In this document: positions 38,801 through 46,844 of the stretch, in pieces
Layout: the number at the start of each line of letters is the position of its first letter
Position numbering within the stretch: the first letter of the stretch is position 1
Source of the DNA: a virus
Lineage: Duplodnaviria; Caudoviricetes
Virus record (IMG/VR): IMGVR_UViG_3300001485_000138
Coordinates: 22,675-86,674 of that record
Direction: 5' to 3' (one strand)
Length of the DNA stretch: 64,000 bases
The notes under the pieces: generated by a model
Told to the model about the DNA's origin: nothing
The model's input: only the letters and a program-made list of their open reading frames with translations
Databases searched by the model: none
Position numbers and translations under genes: made by a program

Positions 38801-40398
38801 GAGTTACGCATGGACTCTTGGACACTTGGAGCCATAAGGCCTGCTTTAAGCGTAGTATTGGCTATACCATTTATAAAAGAGTTTACACCAAAGTCTGTGA
38901 TTCCTGCAATAGTAGAGGCATAGTTCACCTGTGCAGCTGACTCATTATACTCATCGGCATATCTATCCCACACTTCCCTGTATATAGCAGCAGGATTAGG
39001 CATTTCTGGCTTAACCAATGTCGTACTACCATCATCTCTTCTTATTTCCATCATAGGAGCATTCTCCCATTCTGCCATCCTCTGCCTGTATAAAGCACTG
39101 GCTTCCTCTGCTACAAGATTCTGATAGTAGTCATTGAGGTTATTCATTCCCTCTGTCTGAGTTTCTATCTTAGTGTTAAGACCATTAACTGCTCCTTCAA
39201 GAGTTCCCACACTTCCAGGTATCACAAATCTGTCTGTAAAATTCTGTACTTGTTTTAGGACTGTAAGAGCTCTCTTGGTGGATTCTAACCCCTTAAATAC
39301 TTTCCCTGTGTTATATAAAGCCATGACTCCCTTGGATGCAGCACCGAATAACTTATTAGCTATTGCTGCTTCTCCATATCCCCACAGCATACTTAAAACT
39401 GTAAATCCTCCTGACTGCAATGCCTGAGGTATGGTAGAAGAATTAAATAGATAATTCTCTTGGTCATCAGTAGTAACTATGGCATCATTACCTATCCCTT
39501 CAGGATTATATCTTGTTGCAGTTTCTTTTGTCCTTGCTATTCTCTCATCTGCTGTCTCATTCATAAGACCAAGCACAGATAATGCATCTTGTATATGTGA
39601 AGCTCCTGCATGTTCCAAATCCCTGCCATATCTTGTAATAGGATTATCCATCATCACATCAAGCTTACCTGCTAACCAGTTGGTGTGCTCTTCTTCAGGA
39701 CTTAAAAACAAAGCACCATATATATTACCAAATCCTTGTATCAGACCTCCTTCAATAGCAGGTATAAGATGTGATATACCATCCCACAACTGAGAACCAA
39801 ATGTCTGGTTTTCTCCCACCCTGTTCTTCATCTGACGGTCTAACCACATGTTAGCATCATCCTCACCATATAACTCAAGATAGGTATCATAACCAGCTGC
39901 AAGTTGTCTGTAATCAGCATCTGTCAAAGGTAACAAGTCAGTATTGCTATATCTCTTATAATAAGAGGACACATCACTGGCTATCCTATCTATCTTCTCC
40001 TTTGCTGTCAAGTTAGCACTACCAGTCCTACCTACACCATACTGCTGTAAGTATTTATTTAATGCAGGCTGCAAAGCTTTTTTTCTCTCATCTTCATATT
40101 CATCATATACTGAAAATGCACGATTTTTAGAACTACCAGAATCCATACTGCCAAGTAAAGAAAGCCCACTTACACCAACAGAACCTCCACTACCCACATT
40201 CAAACGAGCATCATCCTTTACAAATTCAACAGCAGTTCCTACAGAATCAGGACTATTATGCCTTTCCTGTATGAGTGTATCTATAATGGTAGTATCAGGC
40301 TCTTGCTGATAACCCATCACTTCATCTATATTCCTTTTCTCTTCATCTGTCCTATCTGATGCTGACAGACCTCTTAATTCTCCTGTATATATTGGCAT
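32836..40398 (-). CDS. giant virion ejection protein (2520 aa) with a C-terminal PD-(D/E)XK nuclease-like domain
   Basis: Size, position and internal hydrophobic/Gly-rich helices. Near the C-terminus: VAGTLDL...YIFDMKT...WSLQLSLYA. Confidence 0.75.
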   Translation of the reverse strand: MPIYTGELRGLSASDRTDEEKRNIDEVMGYQQEPDTTIIDTLIQERHNSPDSVGTAVEFVKDDARLNVGSGGSVGVSGLSLLGSMDSGSSKNRAFSVYDEYEDERKKALQPALNKYLQQYGVGRTGSANLTAKEKIDRIASDVSSYYKRYSNTDLLPLTDADYRQLAAGYDTYLELYGEDDANMWLDRQMKNRVGENQTFGSQLWDGISHLIPAIEGGLIQGFGNIYGALFLSPEEEHTNWLAGKLDVMMDNPITRYGRDLEHAGASHIQDALSVLGLMNETADERIARTKETATRYNPEGIGNDAIVTTDDQENYLFNSSTIPQALQSGGFTVLSMLWGYGEAAIANKLFGAASKGVMALYNTGKVFKGLESTKRALTVLKQVQNFTDRFVIPGSVGTLEGAVNGLNTKIETQTEGMNNLNDYYQNLVAEEASALYRQRMAEWENAPMMEIRRDDGSTTLVKPEMPNPAAIYREVWDRYADEYNESAAQVNYASTIAGITDFGVNSFINGIANTTLKAGLMAPSVQESMRNSKVIGEKSWIGKILYGGPKYKVSADGTVTPTISKAQRVWNVLREPLGQGGEEFWQDVSSNAAQGAAENNISEFIKNKFEGDGDAAVGDQFASDLSAFFTAAGGSFNRQSLQSGILGAVSSTLGTVAGVRRGYSRGEDGKLRQNKWGRGLNERGEKESWWDVTKRLTPWRSGAVNAWNDMQDETEAANAMSSYLTEWMKDPQNKAKWDGAVGTANWLNKMFSAAEGNDQFSFRKSQMGRFINDVFMLDKLKGTDFYDSIIGELQAVSEMDMNAETTKRLIDTMRKSTDEMANMSDQQIVERLQKNANRMLGLMSEVEAEGRKVDNTLGRVDEDTKQSLIYGKLMHDDFVSRRDQLKEEIDRLSGSIQNSRGSQSSGLSENLERLILKYGSLNKALKERERLEETKREAEDKVKALETIAKDKRSDKQNGELKQKKEEVKKAQAKLKEFDALTDKKGNVDSSVAQLVLNEQDIMHLDPVTRAMVLAQGAQRQYNVLHQDRQKIEDLNLELNDIERKIADTESQIDNWTDDSGKAKKRHNKQVETARKNLSELNKQRDAKLRQLDAVQGSLNAKPVYSSVQQEVIDNLVRQGSQRDSGFLDKVVDMGRLEKGIRDYYNQYNAILTDPKAYQNYVKGIKFNAAVDKARRLAERVESIDDFQTYSKELDNLLANASEFERQVIKQALVEDDAREKKETQRRNEEEGIPLPTEKSNYDRYVENQKNIMSLIAQMDKLNDLTPNDVSLLFDAMKYLSSQGVDVTDKQAVVQALSELNDQGEQGGKFREYVESVNAKRLPQQETVPVFTTIGRVVSQYVGLINGKVEEEVNQGNLNVEGTIAPASAEGNPKAAPTVINPEPTPAPTVTPSPFNLSSTPDSGHFVDGNGTVATEAQVEMMQMPQEDIPNTENEKLLSQAMPLSLARQILPLAEHSLDYDKEQSEEKALAWQYFIDIFVNNEDAHYDTLEDFLDALSEQVSALEAESNNQESQDNVYHKAANILEKLSMTLNTKAKGNSGARQYAERTSPVHVTDGKGAFIATTDINHIANNYPDSWITRFIEQHGVREYLREHNVEGQPVYFLTSDEWSRAAEEEMENYSTDDNLPVVVAVLVDTPSNVNTTTAIEIEGAWYQPIGLLPSGKRKMWEGAAYTNSIRDAANKNIGTHVVKVGGNPLVSQVIKGHVHAAHIDSQTDRSNTQENNNGFIEGILNTFDATTRSRLEGLSRKELLESDEYKEKKKSLLRGFGWNDDRGQAQYAPYNLNGDSKGNPMFVMRLSPAETKDRDTQTKTLGEVCGEGSGDDVVNFNSRTKAAFGIIRPLFAPPAFGNGTDKSAKVVTTIDDGDAEAERLTKALNGVNAKGKRYRKNDFNNYLFLTGESKLTVTFDEEAFDNGNGPSRYIVWLANEDPDVDDIMVGEIIAGGDVDSNISVAKEMLRNIMYDKDAGEVRNTFVWQLSHFDFSNVNSSNAGERASAEEEVSRIIDDGFLTFAGTSLVYDPIYLDIRNPLTSDGKPVYSAANGNVSSSSRTVGNPDNAQRPKPQDTTPIVEGGVQGRGNGTIQAETGIVVEGNPTAPVSPNNKDVPETEAQKKAKELIDTIKKRSSMLELSEDEKYYIEKGPNGEEIRYLRVTTIGSADESYAKGRDGDYGVWGVPSTTLGNTVDTIVRDFFEGSLKDSYPNIINEVLKEFVEKQLIPFKNNLDGKGITIVSNGIKAVGNITITDSEGKERKINVAGTLDLFGYDRDGNFYIFDMKTSRTNNKPLSVKEQENKDKWSLQLSLYADLLEQTYGIKINPDNLRIVSFGIEYPSPKGDGMRGTNPTGPVYSDNDGQLVMGYKSKSEPFTALTPAMHTTVPEQLFHPGRRKINISWDKLTDAEKELAQLIESEAAVESLKEGETPVKPSSAEVEKPSGESFLYSFESSLGEMDNDVDWGEFVPSTAPEVGGAGSYSMPDYGTLSDAAKEALKRMGITDAEAYSSLLSDSATREAIKNAIDCATS

Positions 40399-40403
40399 GA
40401 CTT

Positions 40404-42104
40404 TTAGTTGGTTTTAATTGCTACTAAATAATGAGGGCGACTACCTCCCTCACTTGGAACTTCTATTACTTCATAAGTAGGAGATGTATGCAATCCATTA
40501 TCCTTCTTATACCTTCCTACAAGGGTTTCTATTGCATCACGGACCCTATTATCTAAGAACTGGAAGTCATCTCTTGGAGTAGGGGCACCAGTAGCATCAT
40601 GTTCTTCTTTCAATATTCGTACACCTCTACCTTTATCTTTATCATCAAACATATCGCTGGTAGAAAAGTCTCCATACCAGTCTACTACATTCGAGTTAGT
40701 ATAACCCATAAATCTGTTTGGCAGATCTTCCCCCAGATAACCAGATACCCAGCCAAAGTCATATTTAAAATTCGGATTACCATTTGCTCTTTGTTTTTGA
40801 GCTTGTAAATCTTCATTACTAACATCATGGTCATATTTTACCCCACCTATAATTTCATATTCAAAATTCTGATTACCAACTTTTAAAGTGAATTTATTAC
40901 CATGTTTAACATTTTTGAAATTCCTATTTGCCTCATCCTTAGCTCTATTTAATAAAGCCATGCCTTGAGTTCCCTCAGTATTAAGTACAGGAGTGCCATC
41001 TTCACTTATCGTATAAGCAGGTATTTTTGATAAATCATCACCATTATTTCCGCCTTTTCCATTCCCATAAGTCAGATTACCACTACTACTTATACCAAAC
41101 TTACTTGGGTCTATATCATCCCTAAGCTTTATCCTGCCATTCTCATCTGTAGTGTATAATGGGTTATTCTGCATAGGTACTATATTACCCTTATCATCTC
41201 TGGTAAAGCCTTGTTGTAATAAACCAAAATTAAATACATCTACCTGACGTTGAGTTGACTCCCTCTGTCTTGCATCCTGTGCTGCCTGTGCTGCTGTCAA
41301 TACTCCAGGATTCTGCATTGCCTTCCTCTCTTCCTTATAAAGTGCTCCGTCAATCATACCATTGATTACACTTTCCCTTGCTCTTGCATAGTTATTACCT
41401 GTCAGGTTATCCTCAACTCCTGTCTCTTTTAATATGGAATCTACCTCTGCTTCAAGCTCTGGTATAGCACTTAAATCCTCTCTGAAAGCATACAACAACT
41501 CTGGATTATAACCATATCTCTGTATCATCTCCTGATAATACTTTGTAAGGTTTTGTACCTGGGTATTATCATATACCCTCGATGATGCCTGCTGTGAAGC
41601 TGTTGCCCCTCTCTTGTATAAGTCATTACCACTGATACCATACAGATTTGGATTACTACCTTCCAAGAAGTTATCTATAGTGAGATTATCATTGGCATAA
41701 AGCATGGATGGGTCTCTCATACTGGCATTCCTCCTGAGTTCCTTCTCTCTCTGTAATGCTTCATCTGCTCTCTGAAGTCTTCCTATCTCTCCATTATAAC
41801 GTCTTTTCAAATCTACCAAAGCTTTCCTGTTTTGGATATTAAGACCATTCCTTGCCATATCATCAGATGCTGCCTTGAGCTCATTGGCATAATTCTCATA
41901 TATCCTCTTGCTCTCACTTCCTTCAGGTAATGTACTGCTCAGATAAGCAAAGGCATTAGACTTGTCTGCAAGTTCTCCTGACTCTGCTTCCAACTGATTA
42001 TATACATCTGTGTACATGGCAAGGGGTTTAAGAAGGTCATCAAATGTCCTGTTCTTAAACACGTTATTTGCCTTTATATATAAATTCCTGTATGCCATCA
42101 GCAC
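40404..42104 (-). CDS. putative virion cargo protein
   Basis: 566 aa, lying between the cargo and ejection protein genes, with a helical N-terminus. Confidence 0.6.
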   Translation of the reverse strand: MLMAYRNLYIKANNVFKNRTFDDLLKPLAMYTDVYNQLEAESGELADKSNAFAYLSSTLPEGSESKRIYENYANELKAASDDMARNGLNIQNRKALVDLKRRYNGEIGRLQRADEALQREKELRRNASMRDPSMLYANDNLTIDNFLEGSNPNLYGISGNDLYKRGATASQQASSRVYDNTQVQNLTKYYQEMIQRYGYNPELLYAFREDLSAIPELEAEVDSILKETGVEDNLTGNNYARARESVINGMIDGALYKEERKAMQNPGVLTAAQAAQDARQRESTQRQVDVFNFGLLQQGFTRDDKGNIVPMQNNPLYTTDENGRIKLRDDIDPSKFGISSSGNLTYGNGKGGNNGDDLSKIPAYTISEDGTPVLNTEGTQGMALLNRAKDEANRNFKNVKHGNKFTLKVGNQNFEYEIIGGVKYDHDVSNEDLQAQKQRANGNPNFKYDFGWVSGYLGEDLPNRFMGYTNSNVVDWYGDFSTSDMFDDKDKGRGVRILKEEHDATGAPTPRDDFQFLDNRVRDAIETLVGRYKKDNGLHTSPTYEVIEVPSEGGSRPHYLVAIKTN

Positions 42105-44650
42105 TTCCCTCCTTTCTTCTTGGTAAGCTTACCCCCGTATTTCCTACTATTACCTTGCTTACCATACTTACTTTGGTTATAATAATCACTTCTGAGTACT
42201 CCTGTCCTCTCAAGCCATTTCAGTCTGTCTTCATCATAAGCTTCCTCTCCAATGTTTCCTAATGATGTAAGCAGATTACTGAGGTTAAGGCTCATACTCT
42301 TAGCTCTCCTGTCATCTATATCATCCATAAGACCATAAGCTGTACTAAGTCCTGATAACCTCTGCTTGGCTGCATCTCTTGTAGCTTCCTGATTGGCAAG
42401 CTGGGCCTTCATGATGCTTTCTGCATTAAACTGGTTGGTTCCTCGATTAAACTCTGCATCCTTCACCCTGTTGGTATTGTTATACTCAAGAGCTTTCATG
42501 TAAAGGTCATTGTCTGCTATAATACCATTATAGGCATTGGCAAGTAATCCTGCATTCTTACTTCCTGAGTTACCTCCACCATTTCTAATCATCCTGTCTG
42601 TACCTCTGAAATCCTGCCTGTTCCTATTCTGCTGGGCTAATATGTCCATTGGGTCTGTCCTCACATAATCTCCAATCAAGGCAGGAGATACCATAAGTGG
42701 GGTACTCATACCCTCTGTAGCATTTATAAGTGCTTGTGCCCTGCTATAATCTGGACTTCTAAGTGCTGCATTCATAAGTCCTAAGGCTCCTCCTATAGCA
42801 GGAATATACCTAAGCTTACTTGTAGCACTATGCTTCATTTCTACAGGTTCACTGCCTTCCAATAGATTTGGGTTTACTGGAGTAGTAGTTGTTGCAGGTG
42901 CTACAGCCTGAGGTGGTACAACACTACTTTGTACTGTTCCTACAGGTATCTGTTCTGTTCCTATCCTTGTAGTAACTTCAGGTTCTCCAACAAAACCATA
43001 GGAAGATATATCATAAGGTCTAAAAACATCCGGCCTTTCATTATAAAGTCTTTGTAATGCCTGATATACCTCATCTTCATTAATATAGTCATTGCTTCCT
43101 ACAATACTATTATAAAGCTTTCCATAGTCAATAGTGCTTCCATCTGTAGGTACTACATATTGATTCCACCAATTCTCAAATCCCCCATCAGGAAATTTAT
43201 TCACCTTACCTCCTTCTGCCATCATCTGAGGTTCTGCTCCTACCATCGCTTTACTTCCATCTGCTACCATAGGTGCTGCTACAGCAGGTTCTACTACCTG
43301 TTGTTCAGGAACTGCTTGTGCTAAGTCAGGATTACTTACTTCCCCTCCCCCACTCACTTCCTGCTGAATTTCTGGTGCAGGATTCATCACCATATTCATA
43401 ACAGCTGCTTGGTCTTCAGGACTTAAAGCTTCAAAAGCTTCTCTTGCTCTCTGTGCTTCCAACTCAGTCTTCTGCCTTTCCTGCTCTATCATAAGGTCTG
43501 ACATCATAGCATCATAACCTCTCTTGCTTATAGGGTCATTAGGATTTTCTTCACTCTCCTTGCCTAACTTCTTAGCTAAATCTGCAAAAGTCATCCTGGC
43601 TTTCTTGGATACGTGGAATTTCTTTCTGGTCTGCTCATCAGGCTCTATCCTGTTACTATATACATAGTCATTATATACAACCTCCCCTTCTTCTACAAGA
43701 TTAGGAACTCCTTGGTTATCTACACCTACCTGTACTCCTTCATAAGGATTTTCCTCGTGAGAACCACCAGCATCTATATGCACACTTCCATTACTCCAAT
43801 CACCTCCATGTGTCTGAATATCACCACCAAGAGCATAACCCAAACCTCCTACTAATCCTATCTGTCCTAATCCACCAAAAGGAGTTTGTGCAGTGAAGTT
43901 TGGCTTCACTGTTCCATTATTTTTATCTTTCTTACTCAACAGATAATCACTCATAAAGTTGTAGTTTACTGCCCCCATACCATCATCTCCTAAGAAACCA
44001 CCAAATGCTGCATAATTCCTAAGAAAGTTTCCCATCTGATTATCACTTATATTGTTTATATTATTCTCCAAATCTCTCTGTGCCCAATCCATAGCATTGG
44101 TTCTTTCTAACCTCAAGGCATCATTCTTTTTCCTTGCCTTACCCTTACTAAGCAACCCTCCTTTATAAGGATTTACAAAGTTTCCTACAGTCTCAGGTGC
44201 TTGTATCTCATCAAAACTATCTGCATCACTATGATAGTTTTTCAATGTAGATGTACCTTCATTGGCAGCTGCAAGGGCTTTTTCATCTGTCTTCATACCA
44301 GCAAGTCTGTTAATACCACCACCAATAACTCCTGATGCTGCTGATACAATACCACCAAGCACAGGATTAAAGTTACTTATCAGTTGTCCTGCTGTATTTC
44401 CTAAACTACCAACAGCATTTCCAGCACCAGATGAATAACCATCACTTATAAGTCCATGAGCCATTGTACCAACTGCTCCTCCTATAGCTCCTGCCATAGA
44501 TTTCAGTCCACTGCCTAACTGACCTAATGTCTTAGGATATATACCAAGGAAAGGTTTTTTTGCTGCTCCTACATTAGGCATCTGCAACCCCCAGTCATCC
44601 ATACTGGAAGTTGGTAACACAATATTTGGTTGTACTGCTAACCCATTCAT
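42098..44650 (-). CDS. putative virion cargo protein (Gly/Ala-rich)
   Basis: THGG...GGSHEENPYEGVQ...VEEGEV...YVYS segment recalled from crAss cargo proteins. The TTG at 44674 is part of the promoter box, so ATG 44650 is preferred. Confidence 0.65.
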   Translation of the reverse strand: MNGLAVQPNIVLPTSSMDDWGLQMPNVGAAKKPFLGIYPKTLGQLGSGLKSMAGAIGGAVGTMAHGLISDGYSSGAGNAVGSLGNTAGQLISNFNPVLGGIVSAASGVIGGGINRLAGMKTDEKALAAANEGTSTLKNYHSDADSFDEIQAPETVGNFVNPYKGGLLSKGKARKKNDALRLERTNAMDWAQRDLENNINNISDNQMGNFLRNYAAFGGFLGDDGMGAVNYNFMSDYLLSKKDKNNGTVKPNFTAQTPFGGLGQIGLVGGLGYALGGDIQTHGGDWSNGSVHIDAGGSHEENPYEGVQVGVDNQGVPNLVEEGEVVYNDYVYSNRIEPDEQTRKKFHVSKKARMTFADLAKKLGKESEENPNDPISKRGYDAMMSDLMIEQERQKTELEAQRAREAFEALSPEDQAAVMNMVMNPAPEIQQEVSGGGEVSNPDLAQAVPEQQVVEPAVAAPMVADGSKAMVGAEPQMMAEGGKVNKFPDGGFENWWNQYVVPTDGSTIDYGKLYNSIVGSNDYINEDEVYQALQRLYNERPDVFRPYDISSYGFVGEPEVTTRIGTEQIPVGTVQSSVVPPQAVAPATTTTPVNPNLLEGSEPVEMKHSATSKLRYIPAIGGALGLMNAALRSPDYSRAQALINATEGMSTPLMVSPALIGDYVRTDPMDILAQQNRNRQDFRGTDRMIRNGGGNSGSKNAGLLANAYNGIIADNDLYMKALEYNNTNRVKDAEFNRGTNQFNAESIMKAQLANQEATRDAAKQRLSGLSTAYGLMDDIDDRRAKSMSLNLSNLLTSLGNIGEEAYDEDRLKWLERTGVLRSDYYNQSKYGKQGNSRKYGGKLTKKKGGKC

Positions 44651-44671
44651 ACTATATTTACTTATTTGCTG

Positions 44672-44679
44672 CAAAGATA
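44672..44679 (-). promoter_or_regulatory. Bacteroidetes -7 element (TATCTTTG)
   Basis: About 20 nt upstream of ATG 44650. Confidence 0.7.
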
Positions 44680-44720
44680 CTCCTTCTTATTATAATATAC
44701 AATATGCTTACAGTAGTCCT

Positions 44721-44756
44721 AAACAAAAGTAAGGAAGCCACTAAGACTTCCTTACT
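44721..44756 (-). terminator. intrinsic terminator
   Basis: AGTAAGGAAG / CTTCCTTACT 10-bp stem followed by TTTGTTT. Confidence 0.75.
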
Positions 44757-44862
44757 ACCATGAAAAAACATAATCATTAACCTGCCACTTATTATTCTCA
44801 CGAACTACTTATGACTTCCTAATCAAACTAATCATAAAATACCAAAAAAAATTTACCAACAA

Positions 44863-45255
44863 TCATCTATAAGCCTCCACACTATCTTTCTCTTTCTCAT
44901 GATAATACAGTACTAAGAATAAGAATATACCCGCAATGATAAAATGAAGAATTAAATACTCCCAATCCTCTATAGGTAATCCCCACTCATAATCTATAGA
45001 ACAAAGTATTGTACTGACAGCTACATAATGAAGAAACATTCTATGATATTTACAAAATCTAAAAGCATAACTTGCTATGTATAAGAAACTGAGCATTAGC
45101 CAAAATACTATATAAGATAGTATAGACAAATCAATATCATAGTAAGACAGTGTTGTATTTACAAGACATATACCTGCTATCACCATAGGTACTACCTTCA
45201 ATACATACAACACTGTCTTATGCAAAGCCTTCCTATTTAAGCTTTCCTCCTCCAC
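44863..45255 (-). CDS. multi-TM membrane protein (holin-like candidate)
   Basis: Four hydrophobic segments; GTG 45255 is the likely start. Confidence 0.6.
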   Translation of the reverse strand: MEEESLNRKALHKTVLYVLKVVPMVIAGICLVNTTLSYYDIDLSILSYIVFWLMLSFLYIASYAFRFCKYHRMFLHYVAVSTILCSIDYEWGLPIEDWEYLILHFIIAGIFLFLVLYYHEKEKDSVEAYR

Positions 45256-45346
45256 AGTATCTCCTACCCCTGTTCTTTGTAACACCAGCTTTAGCTACCA
45301 ACGGCTTTACCCTACCTGTCTTCTTTTTGTTATTTGCCATAATCAT
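45233..45346 (-). CDS. small basic peptide (37 aa, not in the ORF track)
   Basis: MIMANNKKKTGRVKPLVAKAGVTKNRGRRYCGGGKLK, from ATG 45346 to TAG 45233. Confidence 0.6.
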   Translation of the reverse strand: MIMANNKKKTGRVKPLVAKAGVTKNRGRRYCGGGKLK

Positions 45347-45379
45347 ACTATTTATTTATTATTGATTCTATATTATATA

Positions 45380-45616
45380 TTATCCCAAAACCAACCACTT
45401 TAAGAAGTACCCAAGCAATGCTCCCCCAAAGGTTAGATCAAAGTCTATCCAATCAGGAGTACCACCTTTCACATAATCTTTAAATTCCATTGCTCCTGCT
45501 ACACCAGCACCTGCATATCCTGCACAGTACCAACTGTTAGCAAACAGACCTATCAGCAATCCTCCAACAAGATGCCATTGCCTGTTACTTTCACTAAACC
45601 AATCTATTATATTCAT
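45380..45616 (-). CDS. small membrane protein
   Basis: 78 aa with Gly/Ala-rich hydrophobic helices. Confidence 0.7.
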   Translation of the reverse strand: MNIIDWFSESNRQWHLVGGLLIGLFANSWYCAGYAGAGVAGAMEFKDYVKGGTPDWIDFDLTFGGALLGYFLKWLVLG

Positions 45617-45655
45617 CTTCTATCTCTCAACTATAAACTTTAAACTATCAACTAA

Positions 45656-45684
45656 AGTCAGTGCTCTGTAGTTTGGCTACAGAG
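45656..45684 (+). repeat. family-1 hairpin element, copy 10
   Basis: AGTCAGTG-CTCTGTAG-TTTGG-CTACAGAG. Confidence 0.9.
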
Positions 45685-45973
45685 AATTCTTCATTCTCCA
45701 CATAGCACCATCCAGTTCATCCCTGTACCACCTGAGTTCCTTAAATCCTACTCTCTTCTTTCCTCTTGGCAGCTTCTGTGCTCTTACCAAATCATCAAAC
45801 CTGCTTCTGGAAAGATTAAGATAGCTACATGCCTGCTCCTTGCTCATCTCCTCATGAGCTATGATACTCATTATCCTCAGTGCTTCTTTCTCATCTATCT
45901 CACTGTTGCCTACATCAATCTTGTCAGCTACCTCTCTGAGGTATGTTGCTACTATCTTCCTAAAGTTAATCAT
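45677..45973 (-). CDS. AlpA/excisionase-like helix-turn-helix protein
   Basis: MSKEQACSYLNLSRSRFDDLVRAQKLPRG...LRW. Confidence 0.7.
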   Translation of the reverse strand: MINFRKIVATYLREVADKIDVGNSEIDEKEALRIMSIIAHEEMSKEQACSYLNLSRSRFDDLVRAQKLPRGKKRVGFKELRWYRDELDGAMWRMKNSL

Positions 45974-45993
45974 ACTTTATCTCCTTTCCACTG

Positions 45994-46001
45994 CAAAGGT
46001 A
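45994..46001 (-). promoter_or_regulatory. Bacteroidetes -7 element (TACCTTTG)
   Basis: 20 nt upstream of the HTH gene start. Confidence 0.65.
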
Positions 46002-46102
46002 CTACATGTATCTATTACCCACAAGAACCTAAAAGAGAGCCTTATCAAATATTAAGACTCTCTTTAGGTCAAACTCCTCTACAGAGCATTGTAAAGCACT
46101 AT

Positions 46103-46131
46103 AGTCAGTGCAACTCAATTTGGTTGAGTCG
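46103..46131 (+). repeat. family-1 hairpin element, copy 11
   Basis: AGTCAGTG-CAACTCAA-TTTGG-TTGAGTCG (one mismatch). Confidence 0.85.
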
Positions 46132-46447
46132 TCATCACATCATGTGTTTCAAGTAATTTGTTTAATCTGTCTTCACCTGTAGGATTAAAGAAATTACCAC
46201 CTAAAGCATTAGCCATCATTTGAATAACTCCTAAATCAGGAACTAGTATTTTATCTATATCCTCAAATACTCTCATGTTAAGTACACTCAGATATAACTC
46301 CATAGCAAGCTTCTGATTCTTCAATATTTGTCTGTTGTTTGGTGACAACTCATAATACTTCTCCGAGTTGACAAACTCTGTAAGTTTAATCAACTTCTCC
46401 TTTAGTTCTTTCTGCTCAATAACGAGCCTTTCTTTCCAATCTTCCAT
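46115..46447 (-). CDS. crAss001_48-like protein
   Basis: WKERL..E..EL.EK..KL..F...Q..AM..Y...L..R pattern. Confidence 0.65.
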   Translation of the reverse strand: MEDWKERLVIEQKELKEKLIKLTEFVNSEKYYELSPNNRQILKNQKLAMELYLSVLNMRVFEDIDKILVPDLGVIQMMANALGGNFFNPTGEDRLNKLLETHDVMTTQPN

Positions 46448-46466
46448 AGTTTAATCTTTTTAAATG

Positions 46467-46832
46467 TTACCCTTCCTCTATCTTTGTCATCACTTTCTTT
46501 GCAACACTACCTGCCCATTTTCTCCATGCCTGCATCCTCATCCAGCGCATCTCACTTTCCTCGTTCTCATACCTATTAAGCATGATAGCTATTTGGTCAT
46601 CATAAGAAAATTGGAACTTCACCAACTTACTTTTAAGTTCTCCATACTCTAACTTATCTACCATTATAGGTATAGAGTCTACTATGACAAGACTACCTAT
46701 AACTTTGATATTATCAGTATCAATACTTTCTTCTTCTGCACCAACCCTGTCTTCCATGACAAAGGCTCTGTAGTTACCTGCACGCAGGATACATCCTGCA
46801 TCAGCATATAGTTTATCTTTTATTCTATACAT
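46467..46832 (-). CDS. tail-fibre-associated small protein
   Basis: 121 aa directly downstream of the LRR fibre gene. Confidence 0.55.
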   Translation of the reverse strand: MYRIKDKLYADAGCILRAGNYRAFVMEDRVGAEEESIDTDNIKVIGSLVIVDSIPIMVDKLEYGELKSKLVKFQFSYDDQIAIMLNRYENEESEMRWMRMQAWRKWAGSVAKKVMTKIEEG

Positions 46833-46844
46833 AATTATGTAATA

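Noticed and set aside
1646-46131. Hairpin elements as a CRISPR array or as rho-independent terminators
   Set aside because: They are dispersed with no spacer periodicity, have no U tract on either strand, and carry a conserved 5' flank that terminators do not need.
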